A DNA stretch of 52,285 nt from Verrucomicrobiota bacterium (lineage in GTDB: Bacteria; Verrucomicrobiota; Verrucomicrobiia; Limisphaerales; Palsa-1400), in the NCBI GenBank assembly GCA_049510745.1, contig JBEKYR010000039.1, forward strand, positions 1 to 52,285, given 5' to 3'. Both the position numbers and the translations under genes were made by a program. Positions 1 through 8,399 of this stretch are shown one piece after another; the first letter of the stretch is position 1, and each line of letters starts with the position of its first letter. The notes beneath the pieces were generated by a model. The model was not told where the DNA came from. It did not search any database and worked only from the letters and a program-made list of their open reading frames with translations.

Positions 1-2
1 CG

Positions 3-113
3 GCCTCTCGCCCTTCACGAAAAAGCCTGCGGAACAGGGCGGCCAGCGGGAGTAGTCTTCAGAGGGCACCGCGTCCGGCCCCCTGTGGAAGCAGGCTGGT
101 GAGGGCGAGAGGC
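3..113. repeat. Long nested imperfect hairpin
   Basis: 3-18 GCCTCTCGCCCTTCAC pairs with 99-113 GTGAGGGCGAGAGGC (1 bulge); 24-30 AGCCTGC with 91-97 GCAGGCT; 34-44 ACAGGGCGGCC with 77-86 GGCCCCCTGT (1 bulge). Confidence 0.85.
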
Positions 114-335
114 TGAGAACGCGGGCAAAAAAAGGGATTTGAAAACATGACCAAATGGGGCGCGGGGTCGCGGTGGCTTGTCGCTCAGGGGAAAGACTCG
201 CTGTGGAGCGTTCGCCCGGTTGAGAAGGTCCAGACGCGCAGAGCGAGCGGAGCAAGACCGAGCATCGTAACCGGAGCAACCGGGCGAGGAAGCGCAGCGG
301 AGAGGTTTTCCACTGAGGGACAAGCTGGAATTGGG

Positions 336-423
336 CGTGGCCTGAGTGCGGTGGTTTTCGCGGAGCACAGCCTCGGACGAAGGAGAAGCGTAGCGGAGCA
401 AAAGCCGCCGCTCTCAGGCCGCG
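336..423. repeat. 26-bp imperfect inverted repeat enclosing GCGNAGC mini-hairpins
   Basis: 336-361 CGTGGCCTGAGTGCGGTGGTTTTCGC vs 398-423 GCAAAAGCCGCCGCTCTCAGGCCGCG; 21/26 Watson-Crick plus 3 G-T pairs. Confidence 0.85.
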
Positions 424-502
424 GGGGAATCAGCCTGTTTGGCAGTGAAAGCGAGGCAGTATCAAGCGAAGTGAATTGCGAGAATTCGTCAGACCGTTGG
501 GT

Positions 503-3232
503 TTAGTGCCACTGGCCGGTGAGTGTGAAGGCTGCCCAAAAAAAAGGATTTGAGAAATCCTTTGAATGTAGCAGGGACAACTGCGCCTCCCGCCACGCTT
601 GGGCTCGCGGCTCGCCAGTTTGCCAACGCCCTATGAATTCGGTTATCAATTGGCTTGTCGCTTTGTCGCTAATCTTCCAATGGCTCGCCAATACCGTCTG
701 TGCTCCGGCGATGCGAAAAGCGCGTCGTAACGACATCATGCCCTCGCCGGTCTTTACCTCGCCCGTACCACTGTCACAGGCGCTCAAGATCACCAATTCG
801 GTCCCATGCAGGTTCAGCAATGACGCCTCTAATCCCGTGAGAAGGCCATTTTCGGCCGCGGCGTTTGAGATTTGCAGCGCATGATTCGCGCCTGCCAGTG
901 CAATGCCACAACGCAGCATCGGATTTTCCCAATCGTGTCCCAACGGGGTGATGTTCCCACCAACGGCAGAATCCATGCTCGTCGATGGCATCAAGCTGCT
1001 TCGCAATTGGACCATTCGTTTGAAGACCTCATCTGAAAGAAAAAACCCATGTGTAGCCAAGTGCAGCACAGTCGGCGCACTCACCGCCTTTAAGTCCGCC
1101 TCACGCGCCCTCGCGCCAAGCAGCAAGACACATCTGTCTCCGAGTAGTTTTGCCACACTGCGCGCCTCGTCTTCCGCACCAGGCAATGGCTCGAACTTGA
1201 GATCGCGATCCTCAGGGTTTAATAACCGCCCCACTGGTGCTGCACCTGCCGCTGGCGGACCATCTGGTTTCGCATCGCTGGCTTTCCGTCCTGGAGTGCT
1301 GTCGGAACCAAGGAGCTTTATCTCTCCGTTGCCAGCTTTCGCCAAATCCAAATCAAAGTCTGGATTGCCGATAACCACCGGCGCGCTGGTCGCCACTTTT
1401 GCAGGGCCTTGGGCCAGACGCGTGATCTCCCGTCCACTGCCAACATAACTGACGGTCTTATCTTCGATCAAAAATCGGCCCTCATACGAGAGCATCTCGA
1501 ATGGCAGCCGGCTCAATTGGCCATCGGGGCAGATGATGAGGTGTGAGACATTGACGAGGTGCCTGGCCAATGGAGCATAGACCAGATGCTCAACCCGCTG
1601 TAACGCCGACGGCAAATTTCGCGCGGCGAATTGCCCAGCAGACATCCTTTTGCAAACGGTCTCAACGGCTACATTGATCGGCGTGGCTTCACCCAAATTC
1701 ACTCGCTCGACGATAATGTTTGTGGAATCTTTCCCCGCCGGGAACGTGAGATAAGCGGCATAGGATTGCTGCTCCCATCGGTTTGTCGTGGTAGCCAGAT
1801 CGAAGTTGTGATATTGGACGAAATCCAGCAGTGCGGATTGCGGTGGAAGATTCCGTGCGATGTCTGTCAGTGTTAGGTTTCGTTCATGAACCGTTGTGGC
1901 CACCAATTCAGCCCGTTCTGCCAACGCGGTTTCAAGTTGATTCAACTCATCTTGCAGCGCGCGACGCTTGATTTCGCGCTGTGGTAATGAGAGACTGCTT
2001 TGCTTCAGGCGATCCAACTGTATCGTTGCCGTACGGTATTGAATGAGCAGTTCCTTGGTTGAGGTACGCGGATCGGCATCCAACGCAGCTTGAGCGGCGC
2101 GTACTTCTTCAAGAAAAGCCTTGTTTAGCGCCAATTCCTCGGCTCCAGCACGACAAGTGCCGACCGAGGACCCGGCTGGCGCTTCGGCGCAGACTGAGTG
2201 AAAGATTTCCGCCGATTGGAACGAGACCTGGATGGAATGGAGCGCCGTGGAATCAGGTAATGCGACGATTTGCCCAACAAAATAATGACGTTGCCTTTTG
2301 AAAACTTCGACGAAATTGGAAATGCTTTGTTCAAAATTTCGCTGCTTCCCAAGTACGGTCGCCAACTCAGTCAATTCTTCGATTACATCTGGATTTTCGG
2401 GACCTGAGTTCCTTTCATCAATCGAGATTGCTCGGCGACACGCGGACGCCGCTTCCGCGTAGTTTCCGATGTCGCAATGGATTTGGCCAGAAAGAAATAT
2501 ATTCTCGGCGACCATCGGATGCTCTGGCCCCAGGTGCTTTTCTCCAATAGCAATAGCCTGCTCGCAGAGAGCAAGCGCCTCGTTGTAGTCACCAAGCTCC
2601 CTGCGAATCGCAGCCAACGTATGAAGACTGTCGGTGAGGTCCGGGTGATCTTCGCCCAATACTTTCTTTCTGATTTCCAAGGCTCGCTGGCACAGCGGCA
2701 ATGCGTGTGCGCAGTCTCCCTTTAGGCGGTAAACATCCGCCATGTTGTCCAACGTTGTTGCAACGTCAAAATGTTCCTTGCCGACGAGCTTTTCCGTGAT
2801 CACCAGACTCCGCTGGTAAAGTGGTAGCGCCTGGTCGTATTCTCCCATTTCTTGATATTCGTATGCGAGATCGTCCAAAACGTCCCCGACTTCCATGTTC
2901 TGAGGTCCCAGCAATTCTTCTCGAATCGCCAAACAACGTTGGTCAAGCGATGCAGCTTGGGCGTAGTCACCCATATCATCGTAAAGGCCAGCCAGATCGC
3001 TGAGCAGGTTGGCAACATTTGTGTCGCTACGGCCGAATGATTTCTCTGCAACCTCCAAACGTTGTTTTACGGCACGAAGTGAGTTCGTCAATTCTGCGTA
3101 AGTGTTGGTGTTGGAATCAAACGTGGTCCTGTCCGTCGGGGGCGTGGCGCGAGCGACCTCCAAGCAGATCAGGCTGACCAGGGCAGCCATGCCTGCGAAG
3201 CAGAATTCTCGACAGCGTTGCCAACAGCGCAT
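503..3232 (-). CDS. Secreted TPR-repeat + CHAT (caspase-like, clan CD) protease
   Basis: N-terminal hydrophobic signal; ~42-aa TPRs (LGxxHPDVAxxLxxLA...YxQALPLYQRSL); CHAT motifs ICPDGQLSRLPFE, LHLATHGFF (His), LVILSACDSG (Cys), PFFWAAF. Confidence 0.93.
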   Translation of the reverse strand: MRCWQRCREFCFAGMAALVSLICLEVARATPPTDRTTFDSNTNTYAELTNSLRAVKQRLEVAEKSFGRSDTNVANLLSDLAGLYDDMGDYAQAASLDQRCLAIREELLGPQNMEVGDVLDDLAYEYQEMGEYDQALPLYQRSLVITEKLVGKEHFDVATTLDNMADVYRLKGDCAHALPLCQRALEIRKKVLGEDHPDLTDSLHTLAAIRRELGDYNEALALCEQAIAIGEKHLGPEHPMVAENIFLSGQIHCDIGNYAEAASACRRAISIDERNSGPENPDVIEELTELATVLGKQRNFEQSISNFVEVFKRQRHYFVGQIVALPDSTALHSIQVSFQSAEIFHSVCAEAPAGSSVGTCRAGAEELALNKAFLEEVRAAQAALDADPRTSTKELLIQYRTATIQLDRLKQSSLSLPQREIKRRALQDELNQLETALAERAELVATTVHERNLTLTDIARNLPPQSALLDFVQYHNFDLATTTNRWEQQSYAAYLTFPAGKDSTNIIVERVNLGEATPINVAVETVCKRMSAGQFAARNLPSALQRVEHLVYAPLARHLVNVSHLIICPDGQLSRLPFEMLSYEGRFLIEDKTVSYVGSGREITRLAQGPAKVATSAPVVIGNPDFDLDLAKAGNGEIKLLGSDSTPGRKASDAKPDGPPAAGAAPVGRLLNPEDRDLKFEPLPGAEDEARSVAKLLGDRCVLLLGARAREADLKAVSAPTVLHLATHGFFLSDEVFKRMVQLRSSLMPSTSMDSAVGGNITPLGHDWENPMLRCGIALAGANHALQISNAAAENGLLTGLEASLLNLHGTELVILSACDSGTGEVKTGEGMMSLRRAFRIAGAQTVLASHWKISDKATSQLITEFIGRWQTGEPRAQAWREAQLSLLHSKDFSNPFFWAAFTLTGQWH

Positions 3233-3299
3233 TTGGTGAATTCTGCCACACTCCGTGCAATCCGTCGAGCGTTACGATGGCAGGAGGCGAATTTGGAAA

Positions 3300-3725
3300 T
3301 CAGCGCGGCGGAATACCGCCGTAACCTGAACAGAGCCATTCGACTTTTGTGGGCGGTGCCGGGGTGCCTCCTCGCCGCCAAGCTCGATGTCCATATCCAT
3401 CGCCAACCCATCCGCCATCCGAGATCTTCGTCGGTTGCGCAGAACTGGTCGCAGCGGTCGTTCCATTTACCCAATAACCCACCCACCAAGTTGTCCGACC
3501 GTCGTGATTGCCCCAAGCAGCTTGAGGACTCTTAGGCTCAGGCATGATATATGTCCAATCGGCCTGTTTAAGTTCGACCGCCGTTCTGATCGTTGATTTG
3601 TCGCAAGAAAAGTCTGCGTGTCGCAACTGAGGCGAAGGAGAAGTTGGCGCGCCAACCGCAGGCGCGCACATTGCCGCGCCAAACATCAACATTAGGAGAG
3701 CAAATACATTTTTTTGTGAATTCAT
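3300..3725 (-). CDS. Small exported hypothetical protein
   Basis: Signal-peptide-like N-terminus; Trp/Gly-rich body (MPEPKSPQAAWGNHDGRTTWWVGYW); co-oriented with neighbours. Confidence 0.7.
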   Translation of the reverse strand: MNSQKNVFALLMLMFGAAMCAPAVGAPTSPSPQLRHADFSCDKSTIRTAVELKQADWTYIMPEPKSPQAAWGNHDGRTTWWVGYWVNGTTAATSSAQPTKISDGGWVGDGYGHRAWRRGGTPAPPTKVEWLCSGYGGIPPR

Positions 3726-3775
3726 AGTTTTACGAGTGAATTTGACCTGTCACATGCGGTCCATTTACTGGGGCA

Positions 3776-4048
3776 TCACGGTCTGCAAACTTTGCAAGGC
3801 CTGTGGCCAGCCTTGATCGCTTCTTCACGCGTTTTGAAAGTTTGCAGATTGGCAGATGAAATGCGCCGCGCCCACTTGCAGTCGGGTCTGTGGAACGGCT
3901 CACGATTGATCGAGGCAACATACGCAGCCTCGCTTTGCGCCGGTTTATCCGACACTTGTTCCGCCGTTTTCTCCGTGCAGCCGACAAAACTGGTCACCAA
4001 CAGCAAGGCAACAAGAGTGAATTTGATCAGGGTTGTCATTGTTCGCAT
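3776..4048 (-). CDS. Lipoprotein with Ada-type metal-binding domain
   Basis: Lipobox-like FVGC; YVAS...FHRPDCKWA...F.TREEA.KAG.RPCKVC.P pattern of the Ada Zn-binding domain. Confidence 0.8.
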   Translation of the reverse strand: MRTMTTLIKFTLVALLLVTSFVGCTEKTAEQVSDKPAQSEAAYVASINREPFHRPDCKWARRISSANLQTFKTREEAIKAGHRPCKVCRP

Positions 4049-4080
4049 TCGTTAGTGGTGATTCAGGCGCCTGGAATTTG

Positions 4081-4440
4081 TTACCAACGGTACGATGTTT
4101 TCGGCACACGAATCGTGCCGAATCCACGATAGCTAAGGTTGTCCGTAACCGTGTTGTTCGGCGGCGTGCGGTGGTATGGGGCCACGTACGTCCCGTTAGA
4201 ACGAAGGTAGCCCTTAAGGCTGACGGATGGATAGGCGGCGTATGGGTTGCGATACACGTAATCGCGGCTCGAACTGGAATACCCAGAATAGCTGCCGCGG
4301 AGCGAGCCGCTGTCGGAGCGGTAGTACGGCGCGATGTAGGTGCCATTGCTGCGGTAGTAGCCACTCACCGACCCAGCTTGGGCGGCCAATGTGGTACAGA
4401 AGATCGCTGCGGCGAGAACGAGTTTCATTAGACTTTTCAT
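4081..4440 (-). CDS. Small exported basic protein with two V.GY.RSNGTY.APY.R repeats
   Basis: Signal peptide MKLVLAAAIFCTTLAAQA; repeats VSGYYRSNGTYIAPYYRS and LKGYLRSNGTYVAPYHRT; start placed at ATG 4440. Confidence 0.8.
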   Translation of the reverse strand: MKSLMKLVLAAAIFCTTLAAQAGSVSGYYRSNGTYIAPYYRSDSGSLRGSYSGYSSSSRDYVYRNPYAAYPSVSLKGYLRSNGTYVAPYHRTPPNNTVTDNLSYRGFGTIRVPKTSYRW

Positions 4441-4533
4441 AATTTTTATTCTTTTGTGTTTCAGGCGGTTCGTTGGTGCCGGCGGCTTTCGCCGCTCGGT
4501 TTCTGTTTGTTCACCCAAACAGCCTTCACTCGC

Positions 4534-4564
4534 TTCATCGCAAATCGTGAAAGATTTCTTACAA
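4534..4564 (-). promoter_or_regulatory. Putative ECF-sigma promoter copy 1 (TGTAAG-N17-CGATGAA)
   Basis: Minus strand TTGTAAGAAatctttcacgaTTTGCGATGAA; same boxes and spacing as 5211-5241. Confidence 0.7.
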
Positions 4565-4596
4565 TTATTCGTTCTCCGCCTTCAGTCCTATATCCC

Positions 4597-4625
4597 TTGC
4601 CAATGTTTTGCTGTTGTGGCATGCT
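4597..4625 (+). promoter_or_regulatory. Putative sigma70 promoter for the ECF gene (TTGCCA-N17-CATGCT)
   Basis: Spacing counted directly; predicted start site falls near in-frame GTG 4632 (leaderless). Confidence 0.4.
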
Positions 4626-4631
4626 GCGGCT

Positions 4632-5210
4632 GTGCAAAAATTGCCCGACCTCAAAGCACTCCAGTCTGGCGATATGGCGGCGTGGGACACGGCTTTCTTG
4701 TGGCTCTGGCCCGCAGCTTACGGCGCGGCGCAAATCCAATTAGAACCATATCTCCCTGCGGACGTGGAGGATGTAGCCATCGAAGCGTTGGAGGAACTGG
4801 TCGAAAAAGTGCAGGAAGTCAATTCGGTTGAGGAACTCAAACCGCTGGCTGCAAGCATTGCTCATCACCGGGCGGTGAGCCGACTCCGCCGGCATTTTGC
4901 CGCCAAGCGTGGGTGTGGTCAAAACGAAAGTCTCGAAGCCAAAACGCAGGAGGCTGGAGACCCGCCAGAAATGGGGGTATGGGATTCCCCGCTGGCGATG
5001 TTGGAGGAGAAGGAGTTGGCCGACGCACTACGCAGGGTTTTGGCTGAAATCAAACCGCCTCAGGGAGCCATCGTGGCCGATTTCTTTCTTCACGGATTGA
5101 ACTACGGTGAAATTGCGACGAAGCACCAAGTGGCCCTTGGCACCGTTGGCGTTTATTTGAAACGTGGACTGGGCAGCATGCGCCGCATCTGGGAGAGGAA
5201 CGAAAAATAG
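4632..5210 (+). CDS. ECF RNA polymerase sigma factor
   Basis: GDMAAW, DVEDVA, IAHHRAVSRLRR (region 2); FFLHGLNYGEIA...LGTVGVYLKRG (region 4). Start uncertain (4608 or 4632). Confidence 0.92.
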   Translation: MQKLPDLKALQSGDMAAWDTAFLWLWPAAYGAAQIQLEPYLPADVEDVAIEALEELVEKVQEVNSVEELKPLAASIAHHRAVSRLRRHFAAKRGCGQNESLEAKTQEAGDPPEMGVWDSPLAMLEEKELADALRRVLAEIKPPQGAIVADFFLHGLNYGEIATKHQVALGTVGVYLKRGLGSMRRIWERNEK

Positions 5211-5241
5211 TTGTAAGAAGCGAACCGGATTTTGCGATGAA
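5211..5241 (+). promoter_or_regulatory. Putative ECF-sigma promoter copy 2, directly upstream of the anti-sigma gene
   Basis: TTGTAAGAAgcgaaccggatTTTGCGATGAA, followed 4 nt later by in-frame ATG 5246. Confidence 0.7.
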
Positions 5242-5245
5242 CTCA

Positions 5246-5953
5246 ATGAATGACCAAAACTTTTTCGATCTGGCGATGAAAGCCATCGCCCGCCAGGCCA
5301 GTGATGCTGAACGCGCCGAATTGGATGCCTTGCTCACGGGCCACCCAGAGTTGAAGGCTGAGTTTGATCGGTTGCAAGTGGACGTTCGCACCGCCAAGGA
5401 AACTCTGGCACTCGTGAATGCGACCAAGGCAACGGAGCCCGAACTTCCAGCTTACGTGCGAGGTCGGTTGCAAACCAAAGTCCGACAAGCACTTGGGCGC
5501 CCCAAAGTGTCGGACGAACGAGAGCGGGAGCTAAAAATGATTTGGAACTGGCGGTGGATTTTGGGGTTGGCGACTTGCGCAGCGGCGGTTGTCTTGCTCT
5601 TGTATCCCGTACGCACACGCCCCTCTGGAGCGATGATTCAGGTCGCCATGCTGGACACTGTGGGGACAGTTCGAGGTTCTGAAACCAGTGAGGCCGAAAT
5701 TCTCAAACAGGAGTGGAAAAGTTCAAGCATCCAAAGTTTTGATAGCCCTGCCCTGTTGGGAAACTGGGAAACGAATTGGCCGAAGGGCAGCAAAGTGATC
5801 GCGAAGGTGGTTTACGACCGCGCCGCCGGAGAAGTGCGCGTGTCGCTGCATGGCACCGTTAAACTACCGCGACGAACTTTTGTTGTCGAGCGCGATTTAC
5901 CCACGACGCTCCAAGAAGCAAATGCGTTCATTCAGGAACACACGAAGCACTGA
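5246..5953 (+). CDS. Membrane-anchored anti-sigma factor
   Basis: Follows ECF; N-terminal ASD-like helices (ASDAERAELDALL...PELKAEF), single TM (WRWILGLATCAAAVVLLLY), extracytoplasmic C-terminal domain. Start 5237 or 5246. Confidence 0.8.
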   Translation: MNDQNFFDLAMKAIARQASDAERAELDALLTGHPELKAEFDRLQVDVRTAKETLALVNATKATEPELPAYVRGRLQTKVRQALGRPKVSDERERELKMIWNWRWILGLATCAAAVVLLLYPVRTRPSGAMIQVAMLDTVGTVRGSETSEAEILKQEWKSSSIQSFDSPALLGNWETNWPKGSKVIAKVVYDRAAGEVRVSLHGTVKLPRRTFVVERDLPTTLQEANAFIQEHTKH

Positions 5954-5954
5954 T

Positions 5955-6083
5955 ATGCCCGTTATTAGACAACTGACCAGATTGCTTCGCCTCGCTGTTC
6001 GCTTGTTGCTGGCTTGTGCCGCGCTTGTACGAGGACAGGACACGAATTTGGAGGCCGACGCGACCTGCGTCGAAATAGATTGA
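5955..6083 (+). pseudogene. 42-codon stub: signal peptide plus a few residues
   Basis: MPVIRQLTRLLRLAVRLLLACAALVRG-QDTNLEADATCVEID*; starts 1 nt after the anti-sigma stop. Confidence 0.45.
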
Positions 6084-6085
6084 TT

Positions 6086-7231
6086 ATGGAAACTACGAAT
6101 GACCTGAAGATATTCATCATCGGTGCTGGCTGCTCGGCTGACTATGGCTACCCACTTTCCAAGGACTTCCTTGAATGCCTGAAGAGTTACGGCAAAAAGG
6201 TTGCGGGGAGACCCAACTGTGATCGGTTGCGCCAAATCGTGACCGAAACCGCCGATTTAATGGAAAGCTCCGGCACCCCGACCATTGATAGGTTGGTCCG
6301 TTGGATCGACGAGCAACCGAGTAAACTTGGACCCCGCTCGATGTTTTATGACCACCCGGACAATAAAAATTATAAGGACAAAATAGCTTGGGCGGAGAAA
6401 CAAGTTTTGGACGCCAAGAGGGTGACTATGGCTGATTTCCTGGAGCGCGAAGAAGATGTCCGTGAGACGGCCCTGTGCGGCTATCGTGACTTCCTCCACG
6501 ATGTCTTCGATGAGAGGCGGGACTTGGGTTCGTTATCGACGACGAATAGCCGAGTTCTTAGCTTTAATTATGATCGCCTATTCGAGATAGCCTTTGGCAG
6601 TTACTTTAAGCTCCAACGAGATTGCTACGTGAATTCCTACGGAAAGGAACTGCTGAACTCTGGTTGGAACGGCGCCGGCGGACGCGGGGAGGAAATCGCT
6701 CCGGATCGCTTCTGCTTCTTGAAGTTGCACGGATCGGCCGGGGCCTGGATTATGGGATCCCATGGAGAGCCACGTTACTTTTCCAGCGCGGCGCTGCGCG
6801 GGCCTGAGCATTGTATCAATGACGATTTCTTCTTGCCCCCAGGACGAAAACTTTCGCCGATTCCACGAGAGAACCCTGAGCCCTTCATCGTGTTTCCGCA
6901 CGAAAAGGAGGGTGTGCAGCAATCTGGCCATACACCAATTTGCAAGGAATACCTCGACGCAGTCTGGCATAAGGCGGAAGAGTTGGTTGGCAACGCACGA
7001 CAAATCTGGGTCATAGGCTACTCATTTGATCCCAATGATCGAATGTCCTTGATGGGCCTCCTTCGTAGAAAGGCACAGGAGTGCGAGATCGTTGTTCAGA
7101 ATCCGAGCGCAGAGGAAATCTGCAATGAACTGAGGCTCCAATATCCCGATCTCGCGGGGTCGCTCGTGCCTTTTCCCAAGCGGTTTGGACATATCGCGGG
7201 GTCGCCCATTAGTGCGAATGTCACGAAATAA
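6086..7231 (+). CDS. SIR2-like (SIR2_2/AbiH-like) domain protein, candidate anti-phage NADase
   Basis: IFIIGAGCS..YGYP, SFNYD, LKLHGS and VIGYSF...D motifs in canonical order. Confidence 0.85.
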   Translation: METTNDLKIFIIGAGCSADYGYPLSKDFLECLKSYGKKVAGRPNCDRLRQIVTETADLMESSGTPTIDRLVRWIDEQPSKLGPRSMFYDHPDNKNYKDKIAWAEKQVLDAKRVTMADFLEREEDVRETALCGYRDFLHDVFDERRDLGSLSTTNSRVLSFNYDRLFEIAFGSYFKLQRDCYVNSYGKELLNSGWNGAGGRGEEIAPDRFCFLKLHGSAGAWIMGSHGEPRYFSSAALRGPEHCINDDFFLPPGRKLSPIPRENPEPFIVFPHEKEGVQQSGHTPICKEYLDAVWHKAEELVGNARQIWVIGYSFDPNDRMSLMGLLRRKAQECEIVVQNPSAEEICNELRLQYPDLAGSLVPFPKRFGHIAGSPISANVTK

Positions 7232-7291
7232 AAAAACTAACCGGGCGAGCGTAGTGGTGGCGGAGTTCGGTCGCGGCGGGTACACGAGACG

Positions 7292-7573
7292 TTGCAACTG
7301 GAAATAATCGCCGTCCTGGAATCGCTGAACCAATTGCGAGAGAGTCCTGATTACGAGCTTTGCCGAATCAGCGAGCAAAAACCCGGCGTGTTGAATGAAC
7401 TTGCGGCGGAGAGAAAGAAGTTGCTGAAAATCGAAAGCGCCGAATTGGAAGCGCAAGCCAGCCGCCTTGCCCAGGAAATCAACGAGTTGAGCGGCGAGGG
7501 GTCATCACGAATCGGTTGGCGTGGTTTATATCAGCAGTGTTCCACTTTGGCGAGGCTTTTGGGCGTTGAGTGA
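7292..7573 (+). pseudogene. Coiled-coil ORF, probably a 5'-truncated gene fragment
   Basis: Protein-like helical sequence, but TTG start without RBS and frame open further upstream without a start. Confidence 0.35.
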
Positions 7574-7731
7574 GGTCCCGAATTCAGCCAATGGGTCGTT
7601 GCAGAAAGTGGAGGCCAAGACTGGCAAGAATGAGAATCGTAACGAGAGAAACGTGTGATGGTGGAAGCCTGAATCCGTGACGGTATTTCTTATATTTGAT
7701 TTTAAGGCCGGAGTGATGGACATTCCACATT

Positions 7732-8301
7732 ATGGATCAAGATTATGTTGTGCTGGACCCTCATGGTGAGCCTTGTGGATCATTGAACATGGCTATTTGT
7801 GCGGACTACACCGCTCTGGACAAGGTCATGCCGTTCAGTCGGCTGGAAGAGGCCGCCAGATTTTCGAAACTTACAGACCCTGCCTCCTTCGGTTTCAATT
7901 TTTTTGAGAAGCAGTTGCCGAGGCGTGACATTTACCCGGTGGCCGCATTACTCGATTTGGAGATTGATTACAAGAAGCGGAGGCGTGGATACGGCGCAAC
8001 GGCGCTCTGCGCATTTAGGGCGGTAGCAGCCGATCACAAGGCACGTCTGGGGTTGCTTCGAATTGGCACCACCATCGGGGACGAGGAATATGAGGCGGCC
8101 ATGCTTTGGCGCAAGGATTTTTACTCAAAACATGGCTGGGTGGCTTTCAATACTCCCCCCGTGCCTAGATTAATCCTCGTATGGATGTACCACCTTCTTC
8201 CGCCCCTGTCAGATGAGGAATGGATTGTGCGGGACCGATTGAGGGAGGCAACGCCGGAGCAGAACAAGTTTGCGGGTTTTGACCCGTCTTTGACAGTTTG
8301 A
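7732..8301 (+). CDS. GNAT-like acetyltransferase
   Basis: LEIDYKKRRRGYGATAL (motif A R.xG.G) and FYSKHGW (motif B). Confidence 0.6.
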   Translation: MDQDYVVLDPHGEPCGSLNMAICADYTALDKVMPFSRLEEAARFSKLTDPASFGFNFFEKQLPRRDIYPVAALLDLEIDYKKRRRGYGATALCAFRAVAADHKARLGLLRIGTTIGDEEYEAAMLWRKDFYSKHGWVAFNTPPVPRLILVWMYHLLPPLSDEEWIVRDRLREATPEQNKFAGFDPSLTV

Positions 8302-8399
8302 AAATCTTGCCCCTTAGGTTTCAACGGGGCGGAACGAGCACAGAAGCAGAACAGAAGCCAGATTGACGCGGAATGGAGGCGGGCAAGTTTGGTCACGGT

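Noticed and set aside
15..506. ORFs 15..401 (-) and 147..506 (+)
   Set aside because: No recognisable motifs; they overlie extensive hairpins, so non-coding structure is the simpler explanation.
503..5953. Type III-E CRISPR (Craspase) locus
   Set aside because: No cas7-11 gene or repeat-spacer array; the CHAT protein has a signal peptide.
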